This document shows, one piece after another, positions 1 to 13,270 of a stretch of 64,000 nt of DNA (position 1 is its first letter; every line of letters begins with the position of its first letter). The stretch is from Amoebophrya sp. A120 (lineage: Eukaryota > Protista > Dinoflagellata). The position numbers were made by a program, and so were the translations under genes. The stretch spans positions 6,249,207 through 6,313,206 of the forward strand of contig CAJINV010000005.1 of the NCBI GenBank assembly GCA_905178155.1, read 5' to 3'. The notes beneath the pieces are model-generated. The model was given only the letters and a program-made list of their open reading frames with translations. It was not told where the DNA came from and searched no databases.

Positions 1-40
1 ACCTAAAATCTGTCATCCGGTTTTGCTAGTATGTGTCTTT

Positions 41-3000
41 TCATCGTCGTTTATGCAGAAAGCAGACCGAAACGCACTCAACTTCATGCGGAGGTGTAAC
101 GTGCTCTATTTTGGCGATCATGGTACTTACTCCTGCTGCATCAAGAGAAGGGACAAAAAAAGCTGTATAAGCATGCGAAAAACCCGCATGACATTTTTGA
201 CAAATTGTATTTATTTTCCCAAAAGCTGCCAGCAGTGTGGGAGCGGCACACTCACTTCCCCTCCATACTGCGCTGTCCGTTGGCTCTTCGCCCACTGTTC
301 CGAGCATGGAAGACGCGGTCTGATCGCCGTTGCTTGTGGTGCCTTCATATCCTGTGCAAAAGTATCGCACTCGTACTAATTGCGTTCATGCAGTCTTTAT
401 TTCAAGGCAAATCCGCATTACGAATTTAATTTGTAGTGCTAAAGTCAGTTTGTAATGCATTTATATATACGAGTGCGATGCTTTTGCACTGCATACTTCA
501 GTTGCTCCTGCCCCCGCACTAGGGGCGCCGACAGCGGAGAGGAAGCTGGGCTTCGAAGGTAAGCGCAACGGCCCCAAGTCCGCTGCGGACCCGAGTCCAG
601 AGGAAGAATCGCGCTGTCGCCCCTGGTATCCAAAAAAAGAACTGTGCATAGAGTAACTTTGTAAAGGAAGATGAACAGCATCACACATTCGTTTTGCATT
701 ATTAAACCTGTCATGCGCAGCTACTACGTGGAAACATCACGTATGAAAGTAGCCTACTTATCACGCAGATCCAGCATGACAAGTGTATATAGTTTTGCAC
801 CTTCTGCATCACAGAGTTACACATACACTCACATAGTTTTTTTCTTGCATACCTGGTACATCAACAACGGGAGTTCAGAAATTTTCACCTCTTCGACCTG
901 CTCTACCGCGCCGAACTTGTTGGAAGTGGAAGATTGATGTGGCCGCTGCTGTTGTTTTAGTATCCCGTCCGGGTTTATCTCTTCTGCTGGGTCTTCCACA
1001 GTGCTTTGCAGTTTTTTCCGCAATGATCCCGCAGGCTTGGCGTCCATCGCCTTGATCAGCTATGCAATACCAATTTGCCGCACATATACAAGATGCATCA
1101 CAAATTTCCGCAATTTGGAGTGTTAGAATTGTCATGCTGAACTAACATTGGAGCCAAGTTTTGTCATGCAGCGACCGCATTTGTACGTGTACGGGAACTT
1201 TACTGTGGATATCAGCGGTAAAAGAATCACTTCTGTGTGGACGGAGGATTTCATTTCCAACGTGATGTTCATTTTCAGAAGTATCAACTGCAAAAATGTC
1301 TGGGTCTCCTGGAACTTTGCTCGACTTGTCATGCAGGTTTTCCATGACCCATATGATCTGTAATGGAGGACCTAGCATGACAGATTCCGCGAGATCACTA
1401 TCATGCCTATCCTGCATGAGAAACTGCCTCTCAACTTGATCAAAAGTGGACAGCATTTGGTAATCATGCAACACAGATTTTCATTTTTGCCGCGTGATTC
1501 AGATTTAGCATCACAAGTTCCAACCTTCCAGACCCAGACATTTTTGCATTTGATAAGAAGACCGTATTTACCAAACTCCGCTTTAACCTGCATCGCTTCC
1601 GGACTATCGAATGCAAATATGTCTGGGTCTGGAAACTTGTGATGCTAAAATGTGACTGGTGGGCGGACTGCAATACGCAGCCAAGCATGACAAATTTTTC
1701 AACTACTACTGTGTTTCGTTTTCCGCATGGCAGACTGCGTTTTTGCATGACAGGCAAGAGGCCATTTTCCTGCTCATGCATCACAGATTTATGAGTCATG
1801 CCAGACAAGCATGACAAAGTTGCATTCTTCCAGACCCAGATATATTTGCATTTGATACGGCCGGCTGTAAATCAATTCCAGTATGACCTCGTCCTTTGGC
1901 TTTTCGAAGCCGAGTTTCTCGTAGAAAAACAGTGCTGAAGCGAGCAAATCCGGCGTCAAATCTTTCTTCGTCGCCACCGTCGACCCTGCAGCAGCGGTGT
2001 ATGACCTGCGAAAGTGATATCGCATTCGCACTCGTAGTTGTATTGCAATACAAATTAGCTCAGCGTGGTGTTGGTGACAAATGGAATAATTTCTCATGGT
2101 GAGTTCGCTTGAAGAAGAAATTTGTCTTGCATGACTGCGATTATTAATACGACTACGATACAACTTTTGCACCGAATACGGTGGCAGCAGCTACAACTGC
2201 TCCCCCTCCTGCTGCGCCTCCGGGCCCGCCCGCAGTGATATCGGTCACCACGGCGTTCTCCGGGCTGGCTATGCAAGAAAAAAACTGTGTAAGCGTAGCT
2301 TTGTAATGCAGGACATGAAACAGAGTTGCGCCTGTCATGCCAGACAGCCATGTTGAGTTCCTCTTTTCATATGTGTTATCCCTTACAAGCTGCGCATGAT
2401 AGGTTTTCTCTGTCATGTAGAGCAAATCTGTGATGCTGTCAGCCAAAGATAGTTACACTAACACAGTTTTTTTCTTTGATACTGGCGGACAGGCAGCTGA
2501 TGTTCGGACGGTAGAGGGAAAAACACAAGTCTTGAATGCGCCAATCCTCTTCAGCGATGTGCTGCAGAAAAAGCGCGCAATCTTCGTGCTGCCACATGCA
2601 GCAGTCCAGCAGGGGCAGCAATTCCTTCTCTAGCAAATGAGCGTTTGCGGGTACGGCAACCTTCGCAGCAGCTGCGGGAGTGCCGTTCACCGATCTGTTC
2701 AGGAAGTTGGCGCTGTCTTTCGCTTCGTCCGTCTGTTCCTGCTGGTCGCTAAAACCGACAAAGGGACTCGGGTACACATCACACAGCATCACCCCTGCGT
2801 CACACCGTCCGTTCCCGTGCAAAGTAATCCAGACCTTGTAGAACTCAACCTACAATATGGCGTTCTCAAATGTTACACTCTCAACTGTAATGCAAGAATG
2901 GCAAAAGTGAAAGGGGCACGGTTACCCCTGCTTTTGCATTACATTTACAGGTTTGGAGCAGATTGCAATACATTCTAGCGCATCGAGAACTTGTCATGCG

Positions 3001-5042
3001 AAAGAGGCTTGATCGTGTGAAGGGTGATAGTGTTTTTGCACGACAAATCACGTAACATTTGAGAGTGTAACGGGTTGAGAACCCCGTATGCAGGCACCCC
3101 TTATTTGGGTTTGTGTCCGTGGCCCTCAGCTTCGCCGAGGTACTCTATGCAAGAAAAAAACTGTGTAAGTGTAACTCTGTAATGCAGAATATGCAACAGA
3201 GTTACTCCTGTCATGCCAGACAGCCATGAAGTCCTTTTTTCATGTGTGTTTTCCCTTACAAGCCAGGCATGACAGGTTGTCGCTGTCATGTAGAGCAAAT
3301 TTGTCATGCTGGCAACCAAAGAAAGTTACACTCACACAGTTGTCTTTTTCTTGGATATACTCCTCCCGCTGATCAGTTGGTGGATCTGCTCGAAAGAGTT
3401 CATGTTGCTGTATCAAAAGGAAAAATCCCTCCTCCCCATATCGAAAACGAAAGTTGTGATGCTGTATTTGAGTACACAAATCGATTTGTCTTGCTAGAAG
3501 GCCAAGAGCCGCAGCTGTGGTCTGGTTTGCAGGCAATTTGTCATGCTGTTTCAGACTTCCGGCTGCCTCCTGTCATGCTGAAAGTGCAAGGCTTTCCCAC
3601 ATCACCACCCAGTAGTACAGTGTCTACATCTTTTCCCTTCTAGCATAACAAAGCTGATTTGTGACCACAAATCTGCATTACAGATTTCCGTTTTGATATG
3701 GGGAGGTGGGATTTTTCTTCTTGATATGCTGTTTTCGCACTTTTCGTAAAACTTCCGAATGTCCCGCAGCGAACCCAGGTGCGGGTGCGGATTCCACGGT
3801 ATCGCGCGAGATTCGATCTCGATGCTGGACATCGCAAGAAAAAAGTGTTTACAGTTACACATATGTCAATTCAGCAACACAAATTTCTCTAGATCAGATA
3901 ATGCAGAAATCCGACGGGAAAACACGTACGAAGCCAGGCTCCTATGCATATCTGGCATGACAGAGCTTGTCTGTCTTGCTTGGTCTGCATAGACTATGAC
4001 TATGTGTAACACTTTTTTCGTACGATAGTGGACTGCTGGGCTTTCGCGGAGCCGCGAGGGGAAGCTGTTGACCCCGACGCAGAAGCCGGACTCGCTGTCG
4101 TCTCTAGCCTTTCACTGGTTGAGGTCTCTCCGATATAGACGCAGTAGGACAAATTGTTTTCGAAGAGATGATGTGCAGTGGAAAGGTTGCAACATCAGCT
4201 TGTCGTTGGGCAAAAACTACACCATCTCGCAACAGAAACTCACACCGCAGGTGAAAGAGAGTGACGTTTTTCGTATACGTAGTAAATTGCAACCGACGTT
4301 GATGTCAAGTTCAATTGTAGTTTGCGCATGCCAATTTTTTTCAGTCAGTGCATTTCTTGCATTTGTGTTGCTCAACGTGCGTATTACCGGGTACAACATT
4401 TTTACCACTGTTCCATAACAACGCGAACAGGTTTGCGCAAAAATCCAACTGCTGCAGGGTGATGGACGGAAAGGCCTGCTCCAGGGGCACGTTGCTGTTT
4501 CCCAGCCAGTCGACCGGGTGCATGACCGGCTGTTTTTTGTTCCGGAGGTTGTTCACCAAATCGCGATATGCTTCGGGACTCAGCAAGGACAAGGCGTCAC
4601 TCCCGCCCGCTCCCGCGCCGGCCGCAAGGTCGGCGGCGGTTTGGTCCCGCGAGTTGGAGCGGGAGCGCGCCATCTGGTGGCCTGGGGTATATGAAATGTA
4701 AAAATGTCTGGGTCTGGAAGATTGCAACATGTCATGCTAAATCTGCAGCATGCAAGAATCTGTGTTGCATGATTACCAAACGTCGTCCAGTTTTGACCAA
4801 GTCGGGAGGGAGTTTCTCATGCAGGATAGGCATGAGAAAGGTCTCGCAGAATCTGTCATGCTAGGTCCTGCATTCCAGACCTCATGGGTCATGGAAAAGC
4901 AGCATGACAAATCGCGCATTCTTCCAGACCCAGACATTTTTGCATTTGATAGGGTAGCGCCAGCTGCAGAGCCTGCTCCTCCAGGCGGCTGCAACCGCTT
5001 GGCCCCGAACGCAGGTCGAGAAGAGGTGGCCGCGGAAGCCAT
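41..5042 (-). CDS. Hypothetical protein interrupted by 13 introner elements; 3' end uncertain
   Basis: ATG at 5042 (MASAATSSRP). Removing each TIR element plus one DR joins the ORF-track fragments into one frame (e.g. LPLLMYQ|GRQRDSS, AGATE|GTTSNGD). No domain recognised. Confidence 0.7.
348..495. mobile_element. Introner family A (TIR TATCCTGTGCAAAAGTATCG)
   Basis: About 28-bp imperfect TIR, DR cttca/cttca. Confidence 0.9.
627..851. mobile_element. Introner family B (TIR TATSCAAGAAAAAAACTGTG)
   Basis: DR cctgg/cctgg; readable as GT-AG on the minus strand. Confidence 0.9.
1061..1211. mobile_element. Introner family C
   Basis: DR tcagc/tcagc; reverse-complement homologue at 35418-35571. Confidence 0.85.
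1282..1555. mobile_element. Introner family D1 (TIR TATCAAATGCAAAAATGTCTGGGTCTGGAA)
   Basis: DR agaag/agaag. Confidence 0.9.
1605..1857. mobile_element. Introner family D2
   Basis: D-type TIR, DR cggac/cggcc. Confidence 0.88.
2000..2178. mobile_element. Introner, diverged family A
   Basis: Degenerate TIR, DR cggtg/cggtg. Confidence 0.8.
2270..2481. mobile_element. Introner family B
   Basis: DR ctggc/ctggc. Confidence 0.9.
2856..3088. mobile_element. Introner family E (TIR TATGGCGTTCTCAAAYGTTACACTCTCAA)
   Basis: TIR clear, DR degenerate (tacaa/tgcag). Confidence 0.82.
3146..3357. mobile_element. Introner family B
   Basis: DR tactc/tactc. Confidence 0.9.
3411..3726. mobile_element. Introner family F (TIR TATCAAAAGGAAAAATCCC..CCCCATATC)
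   Basis: Long TIR, DR tgctg/tgctg. Confidence 0.9.
3830..4027. mobile_element. Introner family B-like (B2)
   Basis: TIR catcgcaagaaaaaagtg / cactttttt..cgata, DR ctgga/gtgga. Confidence 0.78.
4134..4385. mobile_element. Eroded introner or non-canonical intron
   Basis: Weak TIR tatagacgca / tgcgtatt, DR tccga/accgg; removal joins NVVPG|ETSTSER. Confidence 0.55.
4690..4951. mobile_element. Introner family D1 (reverse orientation)
   Basis: DR gggta/gggta. Confidence 0.9.
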
Positions 5043-5268
5043 CTTCTTTTAGGAGAAGCAACAGAAAGTATATGTGTGATAGTCCTCTCCTGCGCGACGT
5101 GCGAATAAATCCGATTCCGAAGATAGAAGATTGCTCTTTAATTCAGAAAAAGACATGCCTACTCGTATACTAATGTGCCGAACAGCAACAGAGTGGTTTC
5201 AGATAAAATGAACTCAAATAATCAACCTCGGTGTCTTCTTCCAAGATTATGTAGTAGTAGTAGAGCGG

Positions 5269-6848
5269 TCATGAACAGCGCACAGCTATGATCACACGGG
5301 AAGCAAATTCATGTTCATCTTGCACCGATATGTAATTACGATAGAGCTGGACAGGTACTAGATTTCGGTTTTCCCTGACCGACGGAGGTAGATTTACTTC
5401 GTTATGTAGAACCGTAGCCTGCATTTGACGACGCCGGATGAACATGTTCATCAATCTGATACTGATTATACTCCAAGCTTTTGCATTTCGGTTTCCCGCC
5501 CCGTCGGGGAAATGGAACAAGGAGCTCCAGAACGCGCAGTCGCTACACAAATCATCATTGTCGCTATCTGCATTGTCTTCTGGGGTTTTGCATTTTTTGA
5601 AGGAAATGAAGAACCACTCTTCTTGGAAAAGCAGCCACTCATCTCGTGTTTTCGTTTTCGTTTTTGTTCCTATCATCATTTTTCTGTCATTGTCGCCAGG
5701 TCGTTTGGGTATCATCTTCAAACGAAATCGTTGCTGTATCTGCATTGCTGCAGCGTTCTTGCCGGCCCTGCGTCCGCACTTTTCAGTGCTCATGCGAGTG
5801 ATCGCGATGTCGCCGGTTCGCGTCCTGCGGTATGGCTTGCTCAATTGGAAACGATCTCACTTGGAAAACCTATTTTTTGTGATGCAAATACTGGAGAGAC
5901 TTCGCCCTTGTTCCCTTCATATGCAAGACAAATTTCGCCTGGTTTAGGTTTAGCTTTACACCGTTTCAGTTGCGATTGTTCCAGCTGTGCATGCCATACG
6001 CATCGCCGCCCTCTCCTGCAGCTCTTCCTGCTCATGACTGGTGCCGCGACTGGTACTACCACTACCCCCGTGTGCGTGATGGGAACCAGAACCGGTGCTC
6101 CGGCCATCACCAGAATTCCTGCCGCTTTTGCCGTACGGGCCATGCCGCTGTTCAACATCCCCAGCCGCATAATTCCCCGGCGTCACTACCCGTTCTTTCG
6201 TGACCACGCTATGCATTGCAAATATGTCTGGGTCTGGAAAATTTCAAGATTTCGATTTGTCATGCTAGTCTGGCATGACTCTGCATTCTGTATTGCGCGG
6301 CCACGAACAGCCTCTCTCGCCTGTCATGCAAAAACGCAGTTTCTCATGCGGAATGCGCAGTACAGAAGCTGTCATGCTTGACTGCGCATTACAGTTCACT
6401 TATTGCTCGCTGACTTGCATCACAAGTTTCCAGACCCAGACATATTTGCATTTGATACACGCCCAGACTCACCGACTCCGGCGGCAGCTCGCCTCCCGGG
6501 AGCTGCTGTGCCACGGAAGAAGAGTATGCATTGCAAAAGCATTGCATCGTACTAGTACAAATAGCATTACAAATTTTTTCAGCATGAAAAATTGAATTTG
6601 TCATGCTGTTTTACCTTGGAAAGGACATTTGTCATACATAACTGCAATTAGTACGAGTACGATACTTTTGCACAGGATAAAGAGGAACCAGATCCAACGT
6701 TCGCCAGGGAGGTCCGGGAGGGGGGCGGAAAATTCGCCGCCGGTGGTCCGCTAGCGCCGCTTGTCGTGGTGGTTCCTGCGCTAGTACTGGCTGCGCTCGC
6801 TCCGTACACCGAGGGGCAGCAGCCGGCCCGGGGTATAAACGGGTGCAA
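5269..6848 (-). CDS. Hypothetical protein (2 introners plus a probable intron near 5845-5960); both ends uncertain
   Basis: Frame restored across 6525-6679 and 6210-6457 (GSGSS|SSVAQQ...SLGV|VTKERV). Confidence 0.5.
6210..6457. mobile_element. Introner family D2
   Basis: DR cacgc/cacgc. Confidence 0.9.
6525..6679. mobile_element. Introner family A (reverse orientation)
   Basis: DR aagag/aagag. Confidence 0.9.
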
Positions 6849-7228
6849 AACTACGGAAAATTGGATTTGTCGGCGATCCTGTACTTGTTCTTCAAGACAA
6901 GGAAAAGCACGAGTTAATCAGGCAGCAACCACAGCAGAATTCTGTCAACAGCCTGCTGCTCCAGGCGGTCTAGTGCAGCCGCTACTGTACGAGAGCTGTT
7001 TTTGTGTGTTAAAACTAGTGTGAGCATTTCTACTTGCTACTAAAATTTTTACTGCTGTGGTTCTCGACGCCCTGACCCGTGCGAAGAGGCCGCTTCTACT
7101 CCGAGTATTTGTCCATTTACGACTTCTTATTTACCATGCGAGGAAGACACGACCGCCAGCGCACGACACCTCCAATCGCTGCGCGAGGCACAGAAGCTGG
7201 CAGTGGCGCCGGGGAAAATAAAGTTGCC

Positions 7229-8877
7229 TCACATACAGTAGAGTAGAATTCCCAATCCGAGCACGCTCAAAACCAGCAACAAGCAGTTTCTCCGCGTTTC
7301 CTTCTTCTTCTTCTCCCGGTTTAGCCGGTCAATTTCACTGGTACCGGCATAGACGTTGTCACTCGTGTCCTGGAGGTAGTGTTCGATGTTCAAAATCTGC
7401 TCTCCCTGGTCCGTCACCACGGTGGCCAGGTCCTTGAAGATTTTCTGCACCTCGCCCACCTGCCCCACGATCCGCTGGATGCCCTGCTGCCGCTCCTGCG
7501 CGATCCGAGAGTTCATGTTCGCGTCCTCTTGCTCCTGCAGATACCGCTGCTGCTGCTCCAGCTGCTGCGCCTGCTGCAGGTAGGAAAACGCACCACCTGT
7601 TCGGTCGTTCGGGTTGCCAAGTTCGTTCTGTGCCGCGCCGCGGTTGCGCACTTGGAGGCCCGTAGTAGGGTCCAGGGAAGTTGTACTGTTGGCCGTTGTT
7701 CCGGCTGTAGTACCGCCGGCGCTGTTCCCGCCGCCGCCGTCGGTGCTTTTCGCGACGTTTTTCGAATGCAGCATGCGATGTTCGAATTCGTCGAGCGAAT
7801 TCTGGACCTGTCGCTGGACAATCTGCATGTTGTGGACTTCTTCCTCGAACGCCAGTTGGGGATTATGCAGCACAAAAGCATCGCATTTCGTAGACATTGC
7901 AATACAAAGTCTTTTAGCAGGGAGAATGGAATTTGCCATGCGGGTTAAGGTTGGAAAGCAGATTTGTCATGCATACCATGCAAGAATTACTAGCACAGCA
8001 CGAGTAAACGATACTTTTGCACATGCTACAGTTTCTCGACGGACAGCTTCTTGTTTCTCGCCAGCCGCTCCCCAGCGAGAGACACCTGCCAGTCGCGAAA
8101 CAGCGACCTGCCGTCTTCGATCAGGCCCTTGCTGTTCAACAGGAAATCCTTAAACGCCACTTCCTTCGGCTTGTACTCGCCCTGGTATCCAATCATTTGC
8201 GAGGTAATCGACGTGGACAAGAGTTCCTCGCGCGCAAGCCGCGCTTCCTCTTGCAGTCGTTCGATGATAGATTTGATGTTCCGTTCGTAATTGGAGGTGG
8301 AGGAAGTGGATTGCTGATGTGTAGTACTTTGTGCAGTACCAGCGGAAAACGAATGAAGATTGTTGCTGTGAGCCACCTGCGCCATCGCGTGGTGCTGCTG
8401 GGCATTGATGACCGGATGTTGTGGAAACGAGCCTCCCGGTGTTGTGCCGCTCGCCCCTGGAAGAACGCCGCCTGTTGGCGGCGCTTGGAGATGGTAAGAC
8501 GCTGCTCCACAACTATGTGAAGATGCTCCTTGGAGTAGTTGTCCGCCGCTGGTGGAAAATGGCCGGGCAGCCGTGCTGGAGGAAGATCCACCGGCCGTGA
8601 AGTTGTGCGTCGTCGTTGCGGCCCCGAAGTTATTGTTCGAACTATGATGTCCAACATGATTATTGGAAGACAAACCTAACAAATCCGGCGTGGTACTAAC
8701 AGGTCCACCCGAAGGAGCCAAGTTCGGCGTGGTGCCTCTTTGGTGTTGATATGAGAAATTCTGTTGCTGGTGCTGGCCTTTTGGGGAAAACAGGGTGCTG
8801 TTGCCACCTCCAGCCCCGGGCCCTTGCTGGTGCTGGTTGGGCGCGTTTATTTGCTGGGTCAGGTTGCGAAAGGACAT
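7229..8877 (-). CDS. Syntaxin (Qa-SNARE, Stx7/Pep12/SYP2-like)
   Basis: SNARE motif IAQERQQGIQRIVGQVGEVQKIFKDLATVVTDQGEQILNIE, basic stretch, C-terminal transmembrane helix; two exons joined SVEKL|AFEEE. Confidence 0.88.
7858..8028. mobile_element. Introner, diverged family A
   Basis: DR cagtt/cagtt with 6 extra nt (ggggat) before the left TIR. Confidence 0.75.
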
Positions 8878-9938
8878 TTTGATCGAGTTTTTCTCGCTTG
8901 AGTCGTGTGGAAGACTGCGCCAGTAAACCGGGCGGTGCTGTCGCTGGATATCTGAAAGGAGCAGGGTGATTTCGCTACATCAATCGCAAAGGCATAGATG
9001 GCACACTCGGACTGAGTTCCTACTGAAAGAACAAGAAGAGTAATTAAGTCGGTTTCGGTCGGATAAAACGTCTCTCGTTATGTTTCTGCTTCGCTAAGAA
9101 AAGAATATCCAACGTCTCGATAGCCAAGGCCTGGTGTCAGCAATCACAAAATCAGAATCAAAGTACTACGTGTGTACTATGTATACATAGGAATCACGAA
9201 GAACCTGTGTAAAAAGTACTTGGTACTCACAGGCAATGAAACTCAAACACTACTACATCTAGTTCAACTATTCATTGAGGTTGAGCAACAGTCATGCAGC
9301 TAGGTGAGATCAAGGATTTGCGGGCATCTTCACTCTCGTCGGGTAGTTGCGCTTTAATATGTTCATAACATCAGCATGGGCCTAAAGTAAATCCATCTGT
9401 TGCAGTTATCGCAGTCGCGCAGTTCCTGCAACTACGCCCAACGAACAGAAAAGCCTGCCGCCTCGCCAGAACAAAATCCTAAAACACAAACTGCAAACCA
9501 CCTAACATGGATTGCAGTGTACGAGGACGCTTCTTGTCATTCTCACAGGGAGCTCGGAGGCAACATAGCCCTGGTACTAGAAGATCTTCTGCCATGTAGT
9601 TGTTTCTTTCTTTTGTCATTGCGAAAACTCTGTGTAGAGTTCATCTTTTCACTACGGTTGAAACAAATCCACTCAGAGGAGGGCGGCAGCAGCAGCACTT
9701 TGTAGTACTCGTGCCGACTTCTCCGATTAGCGTACTAGGTACAGTGACGACGATTGTATATTCATTTCGTTTTCCGGTAGGTGAGGCGGAATAAAGAGAT
9801 GATATTGACCAGAGCATTTCTATGCCGAATAAACGAAGTTGTGTAAGTACTACTTATCTTGATCTTCTAGTGATACTGCTACACCAGCAGCAAGGCCGCA
9901 CCAAAGATAAGGAGAAACTCAACTCTAAAACAGCATCT

Positions 9939-11631
9939 TCAAGTCGCGACCCCGAGCATTTGCAGTAAGTTAAATCCGTATTTCAATTCCGGTTTCGAGG
10001 TTCGCGTTGGATCCAGGTAGGCCTGTGTCGCGCTGGTATCCACGTACACATTTCGCTCGTCCCGCTTGTGCATCTTGTCCGTTTCCGCCTTCTCCAACGC
10101 CCCACCGTCGTCCCCGCTATTCTCCTTGTCCCCGTTATCGACCACGGTTTCAAACTTGCGCACCGATTGCGGCTCGCCGGTTTTCTCGAACTCTTCATTC
10201 CTCTCCTCCGGCGTCCGGTTATCGACGCTGGACCGGGAAAATTCCTCGGTCGCCACGCCGTCCGCCTTCGGCGGCTTATGGCGTTCTCAATTGTTACATC
10301 GCCAACTGTTCTTACATGAATTTGTGATGCCAGAATGGCAAAAGTGGAAGGGGGGGCCTGCGCGTCTTGCATGACAGGTTTGGCACAGATTTACACGCTG
10401 TTGAGCCCTCCGAGAATTTGTCATGCGAAGCAGCTTGATCGTCTGGTGGCTCATGGTCCTTTTGCATGACAAATCACGTATACAAGCGAGAATGTAACAT
10501 CTGAGAGCGCCATACGGTTCGTCGTGCGGTTCGGACCCGAGCTCCTCGTAGGTTTTGTATCCTGAGTAAACACGTCCCCACCACATAGTCAAGATGGGCA
10601 ATATGCTAGACAAGTCAGCCAGCTTTGGCTATTGCGCATGACAAGCTTGGCCTCGTATTGTAATCCTGTTTAGCTCGTTTAGCAAGCAGCATCACAGATC
10701 TAGCCTGCTATGCTGACTGGAACATTACAACTTCCAAAACACGACGAGAAAACGCTTCTCATGGGGCTCCGCATGAGAAACACTTTGAGATTGAGCATGC
10801 AGGTTTGCATGACAACTATGGGGTGGCGACGTTTTTACTCAGGGTATTTTGATGTTCGGATTCAGAGTACCGTACGTCGACGGCTTCTTCGGGATATACG
10901 TCGCGCCGGTGAACGGGATGTCCTTTTCCTCCTTGTACAGGTCCGCGTACTATCAACTGCAGAAGTGTCCGCTTCTGGAAGAGTCGGGGCTTGTCATGCA
11001 CATTTTGCATGACCCGTGAGGTTTTCCTTGCTGGTGCTAGCAACACAGATTTTTTGAGAGCCTCTTGATGCTAATTACGCATGAGAAACGCCCTCGCCGC
11101 GTGCCAAGAACTGAGTCCTCTTGCTGCTCATGCAACACAGATATTGTTAGAATCCGCAGACAGCATTACAAGTTCCACTCTTCCAGAGCTAGACACATTT
11201 GCAATCCATACGTACTCGTTGCCCGCTTTGTGGTACACGTTTCGCGAGCCTTTCCCGTGCGCGTTGTGCCCCCCGCTCTTCAACGTCAGGCCGTAGATGT
11301 CCCGCGCGCCCGTATCGTACCGCATGTACCCGTTGTTCTGGTGTTGCAGCTCGGGCGTCAAGGATTCGAACTGGTTCAGCTGTTTCAGCGCCTGGTTCCC
11401 CAGCGCGGTGGCGGAGGAAGCGAGGGTCTTCGCGTAGGTGGAGGAAATCAGGGCGCGCTGGAGGGCGCCGCCGGACTGGTTCACCAGTTCCTCATACCAC
11501 TCCCCGATCGCGGGTGGGTACACGTCGTGCTCGGACTGGGCGCAACCGGGAGGAGAAGCGCCCAACGTGTAGGGGTCCTTCCCGACGTGGGGGGCGCCAT
11601 TTACAAGGGAAACCTCGGAAAGGAAGGGCAT
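9939..11631 (-). CDS. Hypothetical protein (about 300 aa, 3 introners)
   Basis: MPFLSEV...AGNEY|ADLYKE...NPNIK|TYEEL...HDEP|PKADG...LGVAT*, continuous after element removal. Confidence 0.75.
10277..10514. mobile_element. Introner family E
   Basis: DR cggct/cggtt. Confidence 0.88.
10558..10846. mobile_element. Introner family G (TIR TATCCTRWGTAAAAACGTCCCCAC)
   Basis: DR ttttg/ttttg. Confidence 0.9.
10951..11210. mobile_element. Introner family D1
   Basis: DR cgtac/cgtac. Confidence 0.9.
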
Positions 11632-11999
11632 TTTGTTGGCTTTTTAGATTTTGATCGGAAGAGGTTCATGTGCAGTTTCCTTCGAAAATAAGAACTTCAG
11701 CTGAGGATGTGTATATCAAGAATATCGTTTCCGCGATATAAACACAGACGATCAATATCTCTCGTTCCCTCACTACGCACAGCATCTTCAAAAATATAAG
11801 TCGATGGCGAAAGCATGTCTACCCTCAGCGTATGAATTTGAAGAAGATGATACTGATACACAGAGTCGTATTATACTTTGTGCCTTTCGTATACGCCCGC
11901 TCATCACCCAATCATGGATGTGCGAGCCGGAGGGAAAGCGATAACACCAAAGCGCTCGTCAATTTGCTTGCAGCCGAGAGCGAAGGAAGCTTTCCGCGA

Positions 12000-13270
12000 T
12001 AAGGCGGGTCAATGAATTTGCTCGGTTACATCGCAGATGGGCCGTCCATGCAACGAAGCCGACGACGACTGGCTGCTGGTGCAGGAACCGACGCCAACGA
12101 CAGGGCGGAAGAACAACCTCCACAACGGGCCGCACGCTCATGCTGCGCCAGTAAAAGTAAAGGCGCCAGGCTGCGAAAAGTGCGCGAGCGGGCGCATGCG
12201 GAAAGAGGCCAGGCGCCACTGGCCTCCCAAGTAAGCGCGCCGCCGGAACGGTCCACGCGCCCCCCGCAGAAATCGGCGCCACCCTCCCTAGAACGAAGAA
12301 ACACAACACGCGCAGGCACCGCATGGCTGGGCTGCCGTGCCCCCCCCCTCTGAAGGCCCCGGGCGCGGGGGGGCGGGCCCCGGGTGTCCAGCCCGAAAGC
12401 GCAAGTGCTTGGCACGGCGCGCCCGCTTGGCCATTATCGCTCTGCGGCACCTGCTGCGTTCCGCCGCTTGCATGCGTCCAGACCGCCCGGGCTCGTGCAT
12501 TTGTTTCTGAGTGCCCCGCCTCCGGCCAAGAGATCGGCGCCAAGCGCCCGGCCTGCGAGGGCTCGACGTAACCCAAGCACCACTCTAATCCATCGCGGCA
12601 AAGGTCCGCCTGCGGTGTGGCTTTGTCGCGTCCAATAGAAGCCGCAAACCACACAGGCGCGCGCGGCCCCCTGGATACGCAGCGGGCGCAATTGCCGGCG
12701 TTTCGCCCTTGGTTTGCGAGGGCTACCCCATCCGTCCCCGGCTGACCGCTGGCGCGCCGGCGCGGGGCCGGCGTTTCGGCTAGTTTTTCTCTGTGGGGGC
12801 CGGCTTCTGGCGCGCGGTGTATCTCCGCGCGCTTTTCTTCCTTGGCCACTTCTTCCTTGGCCAACGCGCTGCCTTGGAAGATGGCTGCGATGCCCGCGCT
12901 CTCTATTTGCGAGGCCCTTCCCAAGTCTTTGCAAGTGAGCTACCACGGCAATGGCCAGACCCCCGCGAGCAGATCGCCCACGAAACGGCCGCGAGCCTGC
13001 CTAACAAAAAAGCGAAGGCGCCCGGCCTTGCTCGGCGCCGGCCCGGCCCGCCCGCCGGCAGCGGCACCCAAGCGCCCCGCTTTTATTTGGGGCAGCCCGG
13101 GCGGCACCCGCGGGCCCGCTCCCGGCGGACATCGGGCAGCGGACTTGCAGACCGCCCGGCCGCCTTGCCCTTCCCGCGAGCCTTGCGCGCCGCCTCGGCT
13201 TCCTGCGAATTGCCCCGAGAACCTTCGTAAAGATGGAAGCGATTTGTTTTTCGACCAGGGGCGCCAAGGT
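12000..13270. other. GC-rich intergenic island, possibly a decayed retroelement
   Basis: Abrupt rise in GC. The + ORF 12037-12234 has H-x3-H-x11-C-x2-C followed by GRMRK, reminiscent of an integrase HHCC finger. Confidence 0.35.

Noticed and set aside
1-210. Additional introner at the window start
   Set aside because: It contains GCATGACA at about 186, but no TIR pair or DR can be defined within the window
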